Source: Octopus bimaculoides | Lineage: Eukaryota | Assembly: GCF_001194135.2 (NCBI RefSeq) | Contig: NC_068983.1 | Span: 100,241,798 to 100,305,797, forward strand | Reading direction: 5' to 3' | DNA: 64,000 nucleotides | Shown: positions 11,101 to 24,766 of the stretch, one piece after another | How the letters are laid out: every line of letters starts with the position of its first letter | How positions within the stretch are numbered: the first letter of the stretch is position 1 | The notes under the pieces: generated by a model | The model's database searches: none | Told to the model about the DNA's origin: nothing | What the model saw: only the letters and a program-made list of their open reading frames with translations | Translations under genes and position numbers: made by a program

Positions 11101-13702
11101 TTGATCTCTATTTCACTTGTGTAGACCCTTTTAGCCATTTGATGCTTTAAAAATCCTATATTTTTATAATTAAATATTATTAGGAATTGTAGGAATTGTT
11201 TAAATAGTTTATGTATTGTAGAAGTATAACTAGTTTATTTCACATAAATTTTTAACAACAGCTTATGTTGGCTCCCTAAGGGTCATTGGACCCCAGCTGA
11301 GAACTGTACAACAAATGAGTTGTCCAGTTCAATTTATGTGAGTATGGAAACAAAATATTTACCTAATGATAAATTTAATGGAATATATTGTAATTTGTTA
11401 TCCCATTGTGTTAGCATTGTATTAGCTGGTGAGTTATGTTAAAAAAAAAGTTTTAGAATTAACATTTGAAGTAGAAAGGCTTTCTGTATAAAGTAACCTT
11501 TAAATATTTCTTAAAATTAAGGGAAGTGGTGGTGCTGGGGATATTCATACTAAAGTCCCCCCAATTAAAATGCTGTGCCTTATGCTAATGATGTTAATAA
11601 CACATAATATTCAATAATTGGCCTGTCATCCAATGGAAGAATAATGTTGGTCAGTTACAAACAATAAAGGGAAATTATTTTATGTTCAGAAAATTGTGTT
11701 CTGAGTTAAAGTGACCTTTTTTTTTACTGTAAATTTGTTTTTTAAATCTGAAGTGGACAACAATTTTCTAATAGCTATTGGCTGCATGCCATATTTTACT
11801 TCAATAATTTGCTGTCCCATAACCGTTATTCATTGGTACTAAATAAGACATGAAACAATTTCTGAGAAAGCAATTGAAAGAAGTTTGTTAGATAAGAAGA
11901 AACAAATGTGTTGATGACTCAAGTTTTTGAAGCGTATTAGTAGCTGTTAACTTATATTGATGAGTTACTTATTTTAAAATGAACTTGCCCACCACCATAT
12001 AAAAGAAAAGCAAAATTTGAAGTTTTCTCAAAAATTACTTTGATTAAAAAATAAATCTTTTGAGTGAATTATTGACGTTTGTCAACATGTTTAGAGAGTT
12101 GTTCATTGCTTCATGAATTATAATGGAAGTGTGGATGAAAGAAAGTCAATGGCTTTTTGGTTTCACTAAATTCTACTAATTTTCAGTAAGAATTTTTGAA
12201 ATGTACAATGTATATTATAAGTTAATATTTGTTATGAGATCAACAATTTGAAATGGTTTGAGATATGTTTGAACTTGCATTCATAGCTAAAGACTTGTGT
12301 TTTGATATTTCTCATGAAATAAAAAGTTGTTTCTGAAGATTGGGACTGAAACAGCAACTTGACACTCAAGATAGGAAACATTAAAAAAAAATCATACTAA
12401 TTTATATTAGAAAAAGTATAAAGTAGATTTTTATCTTCTATTGTTTGTTTTTCATTTTCTGAAAAGAAAAAAAAATCAAATTAAATATTTATAAATATTA
12501 AACTTGTTTTTTTAAAACATTTGATTAAATGTTATTCATTGATCAGGCTTAATAGTGCACTTATACAGAACAGGCTTATAGTGCATATTCTTAGTTGAGT
12601 GACTAATATGTGCTATATATCAATCAATAACATTTTTTGACACTCTTCCTCCCCTCTGTTAATGAGATGACAAAATAGATTTTGCATTCATATAATTCTT
12701 TTTTTTTTTCACCTAGGAGTTTGACTAGCTTAAAAAGTTGGCAACCGTTTTTATTTTAGGTGCCCCAGCATGGTGACAGCTGAAACTAGACCAAATCAAA
12801 TCAAATGGCAATTTGTCTACCCACTTTTTAATCTTCACAACACCCTACCCTTCTTGATAAACACTGTATTAGGATATGAATGGTTTAATATGGGACTACC
12901 AAAAGTCGATCAAGCTTTCATGATTAGTTTCAATATGGTTATTATTGCTACTGAAGAAATGAAGATGAGAAGAGAAGCAAATCCATTAGGGATAGTTTCT
13001 ATGATGTTGAAGGCTTCAGATTATGTGGATCATATGCTACTCAATGGTGATTTTGTCAATGACTGATATAGCATTGTCAACCAATATAAAGGCAAAAAGG
13101 AAATGTACTTTGAGAGAGAGAGAGAGAGATAGAGAATAAAGACTTCAAACTTTGATTAAATTTTGAAAGTATCTGAATGTTTTAAAATTTAGTTCAGGAT
13201 AGAGTTACCTAGCATAAGATGCAGTTTGAGTTTGTGCTAAGCTGTGGAATAATTGATGTGTGATTATTCAAGAGGAGATCTTTGCTAAGAGCAAACCACT
13301 CAAACTGTGAATGAAGGTACTGTGTTAGCAAGATTAAAGTTGACAACAAGGTATTTAGCACACAAGATGGTGTCTATCAGGGACATGTACTCATACCCAC
13401 CTTCCTTTTTAATTCAGTATAAACCTTGAAGCTTATAATTCAAGAATCCGGGATAAGATGTGCTTGGAAATTTTTATTTGCTAGAAACTTAACTCTCATA
13501 GCAGAATCTGTCAAAGAGTTTGCAGTAAAAGTTTCAGTATTAAAGCATGTTCTAAAAATTAAAAGCATAAAAAAAGTCAAAATGGTATAGCAAGTTGATG
13601 CAGGTAGTTTATCATGTCCCTCTCCGACTTTTAGTTCATGCAAGTGAAAAAAACCATATTATTTATGGGATGACCCAATATATATATATTGGAAATGTGC
13701 TG

Positions 13703-13980
13703 TGCGTGAGAAGACCCGGCAAGCCAAGTAAGATCGTTGCCAGTGCCCCTGGACTGGTTCCTGTCGGATTTTCGAGCGAGATCGTTGCCAGTGCCCCTGG
13801 ACTGGCTTGTGTGGGTGGCACATAAAAGACACCATTTCGAGCGTGGCCGTTTTCATGCGGGTGACACGTAAAAGCACCCACTACACTCTCTGAGTGGTTG
13901 GCGTTAGGAAGGGCATCCAGCTGTAGAAACTCTGCCAAATTAGATTGGAGCCTGGTGTTGCCATCCGGTTTCACCAGTCC
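13703..13980 (+). mobile_element. SINE family D (working label; GGCGTTAGGAAGGGCATCCAGC core, (GAT)n tail family), runs into a gap
   Basis: Core GGTTGGCGTTAGGAAGGGCATCCAGCTGTAGAAACTCTGCCAAAT is shared with copies at 15.1, 44.1, 46.7, 47.1, 48.7, 52.8 and 58.9 kb. Confidence 0.8.
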
Positions 13981-15050
13981 NNNNNNNNNNNNNNNNNNNN
14001 NNNNNNNNNNNNNNNNNNNNNNNNNNNNNNNNNNNNNNNNNNNNNNNNNNNNNNNNNNNNNNNNNNNNNNNNNNNNNNNNNNNNNNNNNNNNNNNNNNNN
14101 NNNNNNNNNNNNNNNNNNNATATATTTAGATCTCAAGAAGCATCCAATTAATGCTAAGCTAACAGTTAAAGACTAATAGAATTTGCCATTGTTGTTTGTT
14201 TTCCTTTGTTTATTCAAACGAATAGCATCTTGATATTCTAATACTGAAGGCTAGTTGGTTCAAATCATATTAAATGAAATGTAATGGTATATTTATATAT
14301 ATATCTCAGTTATGGATTTGTTCATTTTATATCCATTTTTTTTCATTCTAACATAGGTTAAATGAATATGTTATCAAGACATTATTTTATAGCCAGATGC
14401 CTTCTTATCACTCATCCATAGCTTTAACCAAGTAAGGGATCTCTTATTTCACACATCTTCAATGAAGTGAGTAGATGATTTGGTGACAGCAATGGCAATA
14501 AGAACACTGCTTGTAATGAGTTTCATAAAGCGCAGATGTAAACAACAGACACATGCACATACATGTCAGGCCTCTTTTAGTTTCTGTCTACCAAATTCAC
14601 TCATAAGGCTTTGGTCTGCCTAATGTTATAGTAGAATACACTTGCCCAAGGTAGGACTGAACCTGGAACCATGTGGATGGGAAGCAAACTTTTTAACCTC
14701 ACCTGCTATGCTTGTGCCTATTATTTGAAATTCATCAAGAATTAAATAGAGACTCAGCTGTTAAATGTAACAGAACTTGAGGTTTAAAGAAGATGCTTTT
14801 TAATTCCATTTCATTAAAAGAAGAGTTTGTAGAAGAATTCACTGTTGATTTGGCATGAGGAATGAAAGAATCTATTTTGGGCACTTGCCCGTCTTTCAAG
14901 AGAGGGAATATAAATACATGATGGAATATCCCATACTTCGGGATATCCCAGAAAAAGCTGTAAGATTTTGAATTTCTTTCTATAATAATATTGTATACGA
15001 CTTGAGATGTTTGCCTTGTCTTAATGTTTGCTGTCCTGTTTAACAATTAT

Positions 15051-15236
15051 CATCATCATCGTCATTTAACGTCCGCTTTCCATGCTAGCATGGGTTGGGC
15101 GATTTGACTGAGGACTGGTGAAACCAGATGGCTACACCAGGCTCCAATCTGATTTGACAGAGTTTCTACAGCTGGATGCCCTTCCTAACGCCAACCACTC
15201 AGATAGTGTAGTGGGTGCTTTTACGTGCCGCTGGCA
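15051..15236 (-). mobile_element. SINE family D, 3' part
   Basis: (CAT)n tail then GTCCGCTTTCCATGCTAGCATGGGTTGG...GGATGCCCTTCCTAACGCCAACC. Confidence 0.8.
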
Positions 15237-16710
15237 AACTGTTGTGGTCTTGGTTGGAAAAGTTTGAATGAACAATAGAATACAATAAAGAGGAGGAAAA
15301 GCCAGTGAGATAGTTTGAATAATATGGTTTTAAATTTTGGAACAAGGCTGGCAATTTTAGGGAAAAAAGACTAGTCAATTATATTGACCCTCAGTGCTCA
15401 GCTTTTTTTAATTTTTTTGATCCTGAAAGGATGAAAAGCACAGTTGACTTCTGCAGAATTTTAATTCAGAACATAAAGAGCTGGAAGAAAAGCTGCTGAG
15501 CATTTTGTCTGATGTGCTAACAATTCTACCAGGGGCCGGCAAAGTTTGTTTCAAGACCTATTTAGATAAGAGTATTGATCATCATTGGGTGCCAAGTTTA
15601 TGTTCCTTTAAAACTGGAAATACACTAATCAAAATATACTATAACTATATAAACATATGACTAAGTTGATTTCCATGCAATTTCATTGGTACTGAATCAG
15701 GTTATGTTACTCATAATAAAATAAATTTGAACATTATTTTGTGGGGTTACTGCCATGTCTTAAATATTTCCATGTTTGTAAATAGTACAGGAAATATGAA
15801 AATAGATTTAGGATAGATCAATTAGTTTAGAAAACATTTACTGTTATGCTAAGCAATGTACTGGTGGCTGGTTTGATGCTGCTGTCATATAGCTTAACTA
15901 TAAGTTAGCCTCTCAGCCTGTCAGTGTCCCTATGACCTGCTCTCTGTTACTCTAGACAACATAGTGGTAGTGTTAAGCAGCTGGTTATAGAACCAAAATT
16001 AGATGGTAACAGCTTGACATGTCTGTTACCCCATGTAGGACAGTTCAATCATTTAAAATAAATTGTTAATAACCAATGTACTTAGAATGAACAAACTTTC
16101 TCAGGGTGTGCAGCATTGTGCCATTGTTAGAAAAATAGGGGTTAGGGTTCTAAAAAATTGTAGTGATAAATGAATTCCATGCTCTTTGTAAATGGAATGA
16201 ATGGTAGATTCAATTACACCAAACTTGCAGTGCACACCAGTGAATCTTCAACAATCGCACAATTTCTTCATTATCTCTACCTTTTCCTGTGGAGAATACA
16301 CTCATCTGCATTAATTGTTAGACTCAGGTGCCTTTGTACTTTTTTCTGTTCACTGGATCCATGTTGAGGGGTAGGAGTACATAAATCCATATAAAAAAAA
16401 AATGTGCAGCCTTATAGTACATTCATGTAGACACAAGCAATTGTCAGGGCATTCTTGGTAGCTGAGCATTGTGGGTGGTTGCTGGGATGCATTTTTGTGG
16501 TACAAGCAGAAACTTCAATTGATTTTTGACCCTTGTTATCACAGAATAATCTGTGATAAGCAGAACATGCTTCACAATTAAACACCATGTTATCCTGGAT
16601 CAGTGATGAATGAATCAATGATAATTAAGCCTTCATGTATTTAACTGTTTTTGTAAGTTGCCGGTCTGTTAAATATTTTATCTCACTGCTATACTGTACT
16701 ATGGAATATT

Positions 16711-17100
16711 TTGTTGTTGTTGGCACTCCGTCGCTTACGACGTCGAGGGTTCCAGTTGATCCGATCAACGGAACAGCCTGCTCGTGAAATTAACGTGCAA
16801 GTGGCTGAGCACTCCACAGACACGTGTACCCTTAATGTAGTTCTCAGGGATATTCAGCGTGACACAGTGTGACAAGGCTGACCCTTTGAATTACAGGTAC
16901 AACAGAAACAGGAAGAAAGAGTGAGAGAAAGTTGTGGTGAAAGAGTACAGCAGAGTTCGCCACCATCCCCTGCTGGAGCCTTGTGGAGCTTTTAGGTGTT
17001 TTCGCTCAATAAACACTCACAACGCCCGGTCTGGGAATCGAAACCGCGATCCTATGACCGCGAGTCCGCTGCCCTAACCACTGGGCCATTGCGCCTCCAC
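16711..17100 (-). mobile_element. Young full-length tRNA-headed SINE, family A (working label), with 12-bp TSD
   Basis: Minus-strand head GGAGGCGCAATGGCCCAGTGGTTAGGGCAGC...GGTTTCGATTCCC and (AAC)n tail. TSD ACTATGGAATAT at 16698-16709 and 17101-17112. Confidence 0.92.
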
Positions 17101-18182
17101 ACTATGGAATATATCCAGATGTTAACCAGCACTGTGTTGCAGACTGATATAAACACCTTATCTTTACATACAAAAATCTTTACTGTTAATGGATGCAAAA
17201 TAGTGTATCCAATTTACTTCTGCTCCAAATAATAGTGGGTTTATAAACAGGGTCACTATGAATAGTTAGGATGGGTACTCAGCTGCTGATAACATCTCAA
17301 TATATGAAAGGAACTAGTTCAGCTGATCCTTCTTTTTCTTCATATGAAAACATGTCTACATTTCTCTATTACAACAGTGTTGAATAAACAGTAAAATTAT
17401 ACTCTGTAGCACAGTATAGCATTAATTCTTTTCATCTACACTTTGAGTTCAATTCCCATAAGGGTTGAATTTGTTTTAGCAAAATTAACACTATTCATGT
17501 ATTGAGGTTAATTAATTCTACTATTTACCTCCTTTACTTATTTGCAGTCTTGTGCCAATAATGTAAGAAATTGTCATTTGTTCTCTCTCTCTCTGCCTTC
17601 TCTCTCCCCGCAGTCTGTCATTTTCTGGTTTCCTTTCTCTCTCATTCTCTGTCTTTACTTCACTTTTTCCCCTCTTTCACCTGTTTCTCATCATGTTTCT
17701 TTTCTTCTTTTGTTCAGTCTCATTACTCTCTCTTTCTTTCACTCCTTCCCTTCATATTCATGTTCAGGAATTCCTTAAAGAAGCCAAGAGCAAGAATGTT
17801 AAAAACAAATTTGACAGTTTCCAGTTGATTTGAGTGGGCTGTTTTTCTTACAGCTGATACAGTTGTTGTCACACTTCCATTACTGTATTCTCTGACAGGT
17901 ATTCACCTGTCCTATTTTTTTCTTGATTTTTATTCTCGGTAACTTTCTGTAAAGGGTCAGGGTATACTTGCCCTACATATTGTTGATTTGTTCTTTAGCA
18001 TAGTTTCATTTGTGACATCAAAAGAAACTGGAGAACTTATGCTAAAAAATAAAAATTAAACACAATGAAGCAGGTACATTCTTCACACATTTTCTCTATT
18101 GAATATTTACAGTGTAGTCATAACCCATAGCCTCTAGCATCTGTTATAGAGTCTTTTTATTAACTTTAAATGCATATGTGTA

Positions 18183-18208
18183 TATCTATCTATCTATCTA
18201 TCTATTTC

Positions 18209-18248
<40 letters not shown>

Positions 18249-18830
18249 TAACCCATATATGTATCATACTTAATGCAGACACATCACAGAAAGCCAAATT
18301 AACTGTGGTATTCATCTATCTATCTATTTATCTATCTATCGACAGATAGATAGATAGATAGATAGCCCATATATGTATCATACTTAATGCAGACACATCA
18401 CGGAAAGCCAAATTAACTGTGGTATTCATTCAGAATTGATTAGGAAAATAGTGGTTGCAAAATCACTGATGTTGCAATGAGCCTGTGGGCTGATTAAAAA
18501 TCTGTTATGTTCATTAGAAGCAGTATTAGATTAAAATAGCCATCTATGTATCATATTTAATACAAATACATCATGATAATCCAAATTAATTTTGTGGGGT
18601 ACATGCTACTGATGAAGTTCAAAAAGGCAGAAATACATATCTAGCATTCTCATCACTGCTGCTGGACAGTTTTCATTTGTTACTGATGTATTTGTATCAA
18701 CACAGTACGTCCATAAGAGGTATTATCTCTGAATGGGTATCACAGTTAATTTGGTATTTCATGATGTATTTGTATCAAGTATGATACATAGATGGCTATT
18801 TTAATCTAATACTGCTTCTGTTGCACATAA
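18183..18830. repeat. Composite repeat: TATC/GATA microsatellite hairpins, ~100-bp units (3 direct, 1 inverted) and 60-bp inverted arms
   Basis: The unit CATATATGTATCATACTTAATGCAGACACATCACAGAAAGCCAAATTAACTGTGGTATTCAT repeats directly. 18516-18575 is the reverse complement of 18760-18819 with about 2 mismatches. Confidence 0.85.
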
Positions 18831-20380
18831 TGGACATACATGTGCATGCGGCACTCCGTCCTGCTACATTTTCTTTACATTTCTATAATGTATTTTTATG
18901 CTTCACTGGTTTTGTCTAGCATGTCTGAAGTGCAAACTGGTAGCAATATTTTCTTGAAATAAAATATTACTATTCTTGATGGAAACAAAAGACAAAATAT
19001 TATCATTGTCATCAACAGCATATATTTGCCATAGTGCCAAATTCAAATATATAATTTAGTACATACATACACACTCTTGGTCAGGAAGCAAGTTTCTATC
19101 TATCTTACTGAACTATATTGTGCTTAAAACTCACCTAAGAAAGGGCTCACTCTGTAGAATGTATGTAAGGAATGTTGTGATATTTTTGTCCTTATTTTTT
19201 TGAGCCCTTTCCCTATCTAACCACTGAATACTGTACATGGTCAAATGCAATCAGTCTATCTATGTTAAGATACTATTTTTAAAATTGCAATGTTTGTGAT
19301 ATACTTTAATTGATCTGGTTTTTGGGCAAAAGTCCCATTTGATCTTAATCTAAGAAGATAGTGTTGTGTTACAAATACCAACCTATTATATCAATAAGCA
19401 ACTTAATTTAATTATTTAGATCTTGAAACACATATTTTTACTAGTTTGTAATCTTATAAATATGTAGTTACTTGACCTCCTTAATATAGAAGCTAATAAT
19501 CCTATTGCGTTCAAACAGAAAAATAATCAAGACAAGAGAAAATCAAGTCTGAATTATAGATCAAAAAGTTATTAGAAACTTTTCTTTTTCTGTTTCCTTC
19601 AATTAAGCTTTAGGAGTAGCCTGGTATAAAAACCTATTTCAATAATTTCTATATATCTTTGATTCTTTATACTTATACAACCCATACAAACTATGTAAAA
19701 ATAGATTTTAAAAAAATGTAGGTTTTTTTTTACTAGATACAAATATCTTATAATTTTGGTGAGTTATGATATTCATGGCTTTCTTTTCCAAATATGTGGT
19801 TTATTGATTTCTAACATAGGCACACAGGCACAAATTGTAGAGAAAGGAATAGTTAATTCCAATACACCCAATACTTTGACTCTTTATTCTATCAACCCCT
19901 TGGAAGATGAAAGGTTAAAGTTCTGAGAAATGATGCAACTAAATACTGCAATACATTTTGTTCAGTGTTTTACTGATTCAATCAGTCAACCGATCTTTCA
20001 GTTAAGGATGTAATTCTTTTTACCAAAGGTACTGGGCCAGAAATTTTGTAGGGAGGTGCTCGTCAATTACATTGACCCCAGTGTTCAATTGGTACTTATT
20101 TTATCAACCCCCAAAGGGATGAAAGACAAAGTTAACCTCAGTGGCATTTGATCTCAGAATGTGAGGCTGGAAGAAATGCTGTTAAGCATTTTGTTCAGTA
20201 ATTCTACCAGCTCACTGTTTCTTTTAGTTATAAATATAATACAACAGATTATTATCTGTTAACTTGGTTATTTTTGCAATATATTTTATATAATCTGAAC
20301 TTAGCTGCAAAGTACCTATTTGTATAGTATACATCAGTTAATATTTTAACTTATTTATTATTTCAGGTTTACTTGTTGAA

Positions 20381-20538
20381 TCTATATGTTAGTTTGTCTA
20401 TATGTTAGTTTGTCTATATGTTAGTTTGTCTATATGTTAGTTTGTCTATATGTTAGTTTGTCTATATGTTAGTTTGTCTATATGTTAGTTTGTCTATATG
20501 TTAGTTTGTCTATATGTTAGTTTGTCTATATGTTAGTT
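20381..20538 (+). repeat. Perfect 16-bp minisatellite (TCTATATGTTAGTTTG) x ~9.9
   Basis: Directly visible identical units. Confidence 0.95.
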
Positions 20539-20748
20539 ACAAGTGGTGTGTTTGTTGAAAATATTAGTTTAAACTTACAAAAGTAACTGTAAATGTTAAA
20601 GAAATGTGACAGCATACTTCTTTTTAACTATAAATTCATGGTCTGATTAACATTCAGTCAAATTACTTTACTCTAAATGCTGTGTTGTTGTTAAGGCTCA
20701 TTTTTCTCTTGTTATTCAATTGTGCTGGAAAACAGTCATTGTGTTTTC

Positions 20749-20964
20749 AGGGTGGCGAGCTGGCAGAAATGTTAGTATGCTGGGCGAAATGCTTAGCAGT
20801 ATTTCGTCTGTCTTTATGTTCTGAGTTCAAATTCTGCCAAGGTCGACTTTGCCTTTCATCCTTCCGGAGTTGATAAATTAAGTACCAGTTGTGTACTGGG
20901 GTCGATCTAATCAACTGGCCCCCTCCCTCTAAATTTCGGGCCTTGTGCCTATAGTAGAAAAGAA
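20749..20964 (+). mobile_element. tRNA-headed SINE family B (working label; Meta-domain-like core)
   Basis: GGCGAGCTGGCAGAA head, GAGTTCAAATTC B box and core GCCTTTCATCCTTCCGGAGTTGATAAATTAAGTACCAG. Older copies at 15.3-15.5, 19.8-20.2, 32.46-32.6 and 34.16-34.36 kb. Confidence 0.8.
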
Positions 20965-21119
20965 GAAAAGGTATGTGAGATATGTTTCAGATATGTGATA
21001 TGAGTTAATGTAATGTATATATGTGGTATTCTTTTTTAAACTGTGGAGGAGAAGCAGTATCCATAACTTTTGCAAGCTAAGACTGGTGAAATATGATGGT
21101 CATTTTGAACACCTGTAGG

Positions 21120-21340
21120 TTAATCCTTCAGCATTCAGATTACTCTGTCAAATTTAATGTTTATATATCCACATTATTTTGAATTACTCATGCACTGTCT
21201 TGTAACTTTGAGATTTCAATGATGTAATTTTTAGAATGACATTGTAGTGTAGATATGAAAGGTTGGATTTGACCAGTTTGAACATAAAACAGACAGGATA
21301 TTTGGGACAGATATGGCTGGTTTAAATGTTAAAGGGTGAA
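21120..21340 (-). mobile_element. piggyBac-type MITE (TTAA-CCCTTT ends), diverged copy
   Basis: Reverse-complement homologue of 34370-34593 and 54406-54620. Confidence 0.65.
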
Positions 21341-21668
21341 TGTCTGTTGGGAAAATGTGAGCAAGGAGGGATTTTCAGAAGGTTGTAGATTTTAGAAAGT
21401 GCAGATCTTAGATGCTAAGATACAGCAAGGGTGATGTAAGGAAGAGTAATGGATGTGCTTGGAGGGACTGTGTGTATGAGGTATGCAGTTAACTACTTTC
21501 AGAAGAGCAGAGACCATTGGGATTGGCAGAGCATGGAAAACAGCCAGTCTGTGAGTTAGTAGTTTAAGAATGTTGGAATCGATTCATTACCAATTGAAAG
21601 TTTTCTTTTTGTTTTAGATACATTTTAGGATGTGTTGTATGTGTTTGTGTGTGCTGTAGTATTATTCC

Positions 21669-22057
21669 GTGGAGGCGCAATGGCCCAGTGGTTAGGGCAG
21701 CAGACTCGCGGTCATAGGATCGCGGTTTCGATTCCCAGACCAGGCGTTGTGAGTGTTTATTGAGCGAAAACATCTAAAGTTCCACGAGGCTCTGGCAGGG
21801 GATGGTGGCAGACCTTGCTGTACTCTTTCACCACAACTTTCTCTCACTCTTACTTCCTGTTTCTGTTGTACCTGTAATTCAAAGGGCCAGCCTTGTCACA
21901 CTGTGTCACGCTGAATATCCCTGAGAACTACGTTAAGGGTGCACATGTCTGTGGAGTGCTCAACCACTTGCACGTTAATTTCATGAGCAGGCTGTTCCGT
22001 TGATCGGATCAACTGGAACCCTTGATGTCGTAAGCGACGGAGTGCCAACAACAACAA
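21669..22057 (+). mobile_element. Young full-length SINE family A
   Basis: Same head, body and (AAC)n tail as 16711-17100, opposite orientation. Imperfect TSD AGTATTATTCC / AGTACTATCCC. Confidence 0.92.
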
Positions 22058-24557
22058 GTACTATCCCAGATATAGGACCAGTATTCCAATGCAAACTTTG
22101 TAGAGCACCCCAAACTGAGTGCATGAAATTTTTCTGATTCTAAAGAGGAATACTAGTGTTTGTTGCTGCAATTTTGGCAATGTTATAGATGTCTAATAAT
22201 TGTAAAGTCTAGCACTCAGGGCAACTTATGAGTTTTAGTTGTATATTGTTTATGTGTAAAGAGAGTTTTCTTCATGTATGAAGTGATTATGTTTTTGCTA
22301 TCAAAAGATACTAGAGTGTTTGAAGAATGCTACTCAAGGTCTCTGTTCATGGAGATAATATAGATCTGGCATGAAGTGTTTTAGTTATGTTTAGATGATG
22401 CCTGCATGCAGAAAGTTAAGTAGTGAAGAGCTGTACTATCTTCGTATGAATGTTGTTAAGTGACTGAAAATAGGTCATTATAATGTACAGAAGGAAGATT
22501 GTGAGGGGATATAGCCAAACCTTGGATTCACTGCTGTTGGTAATATTCATTGTAGAGTGGCCTGTTTGCATACATGGTTGTTATGGAAGCTTCTGAATAA
22601 AAAAAGGGAAAAAAAGAAGACAACTGGAAACCAGTGATAAATGACAAAAGGGAGCAAAATAACTATTGCACTCTTTTTGCTGATATGAGTTTCAACTGAA
22701 GATCTAAGTTTATACTATTTACATATGATGATGAAACAGGGTGCCTCTCTCACCTCTCAGATTTTAATCTTTGGCAAGGAGCAAGTCAATAGCTTTAATA
22801 TTGAAGTACCTAGATATAAATTATTCTATCAATCCCTTACTTTTGGGGAGCAATAATAAGAACTGTTGAAAAAAGTTGCTGTTATTGACACATTACAGCC
22901 AGTTGAGATTATTGCTAGATTCTTTGTATTATCTATTGTGTTGCTTCATAATTCTGTTTTCAAAGTTCTTACAAAATTCTTAAACCTTTCTTTTCTCTAC
23001 AAAGATCTGTTCCCAAGAAGGCTAACCACTCTACCCATGCTAACTACCAACCTATCACTCTCAATTCCAACATCTCAAATATGATAAAGATCTCAAGGAT
23101 TATAAATAACTAGTCTTTAAGAATCATCTTCCCAGAACCTTGAATCTCTTTCTCTCCTTCTTCAGTAACAATCACTACAAACCATGCAGAGCCAGATATA
23201 TCAGAGGCATACTCTTGCATGTCCCTCATCAGTGGTCCCACACTTTTAAGAATTTTGATGAAATCAAAACCACTGAACTAGATGTGACCATAAAACCTTT
23301 GACCATGTTTAATGTAAGGGCAACAGAGCTAACTATCTGCTTATGGAATCCATCTAAATCGCATACATTGTCTTCTCACCCTGACTATTTTGCTAATATT
23401 ACAACAGCTTCTGCTTCTTGGAACCAACTAGTTGCTTACAATATCTACCCGACACATTCATTTCTCTGCTTCTAGTCATTCATACTGCATCTTTCTACTC
23501 TAGTCTTACACAACTACTCTCACCAATCCTTTATCCTTAGAATGCCATTATTTCAAAATATCCCCACCCAATGTTTTTCCAGAAGATGTTGGGTTTTTGT
23601 AGGTTAAACACAAACCACATTGATATTACTTGTCTCAGAGGGCAGACAAATGTCACAAGTACAACCTGTCTTGAATAAACCATAAAAAATATCTAGTCAA
23701 CTTTGCTTTTCATTTGTGAAGAAATTATGAAATAATAGGAAAAGATATAAAGTTCTTTTAGGGAGAATGGTTCTTTGACTTGGTTTTCAAAAATAAATAA
23801 ATAAATAGAAAAGCTGGAAGGTCTCCATGTGATTGACAGAACCAGTTAAGTATTACAGATGTTTAAACAAACCCAAAGTTATCTATTCTTTCATTCTTCA
23901 CTAATCTTTTTCTTGAAAAGGTGCAGGGTGGTTGAAGTTGAACAAATCAATGGAATATCAGTCCATTGGCTTGAAAGGCTGTCAGTTTATATTTTATCGC
24001 TGGCATGATGCTCTGTCCTTAAATTTCACACAGTCTTGTAAATATAACTGACTGCTATAAGCAGTCTGATCACTTTATTATCATTATGAATGCTAGCTTT
24101 GAAAGCAGTGTTCTCTGACAGACTGACTTCCTGATTGACATTCATTGCACAAATGCATTTTTTTCAGTGATGCCTCAACATAAAATTAAAATGGCAAATG
24201 ATTTTTATACTCCGAGACATTTGGCACTTAACCTTTGCTTTCATGATGCTCACCTCTACTGTCATGAACAACGAATATATCTTGGGAAACATTTATAGAT
24301 AATCTGGAACTGGTTCTTGTCATGTAATGAGCTAATTAAATTAAGTATACTGTCTAAAAAATTCAATAAAACAGTGCAGGAGATTTAAAATCAAAGCCTT
24401 TGAAAAGTGATAGTTTAGTATACCATCTACTGCATCATTTCATTTTNNNNNNNNNNNNNNNNNNNNNNNNNNNNNNNNNNNNNNNNNNNNNNNNNNNNNN
24501 NNNNNNNNNNNNNATATATATATATATATATATATACTTGCTATAATATTTTTCAGA

Positions 24558-24766
24558 ATGCAGGAACTCTTTGCTCTGGTGCTCAATGATAAAGATTTAT
24601 CAAAGGCTGGAGAGCTTTTCTCTCTTGATGATAAAGACATTCAGCATGATCTAACTGAAGTACTTGAACGCATTTGTCAGATTGTTGACAGCTTTGATTA
24701 TGTAACCAGCAGTAATGACCAGAGTGTTGTAGAAATATGTGTAACAAGAGTCACATCAGCAATCAG
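24558..24766 (+). CDS. VEPH1: VEPH1/melted orthologue, coding exon 1 (MQELFALVLNDKDLSKAGELFSLDD...VVEICVTRVTSAIR)
   Basis: Closely resembles the VEPH1/Melted N-terminus as I recall it ([25 protein letters not shown]...VVEICITRITTAIR). Acceptor TTTCAG at 24551-24556, ATG at 24558, donor AG|GTATGT, phase 2. Confidence 0.95.

Noticed and set aside
12701-13066. Strong acceptor at 12716 and ORF 12770-13066 as an extra exon or gene
   Set aside because: No recognisable homology and no convincing donor. Part of it resembles a decayed SINE tail. A UTR exon cannot be excluded.
18606-18640. CTGATGA...GAAA as another hammerhead
   Set aside because: There is no stem II or stem I complementarity.
16996-21773. 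Near-identical ORFs at 16996-17232 (+) and 21564-21773 (-) suggesting paralogous small genes
   Set aside because: Both are antisense readings of the same SINE A head.
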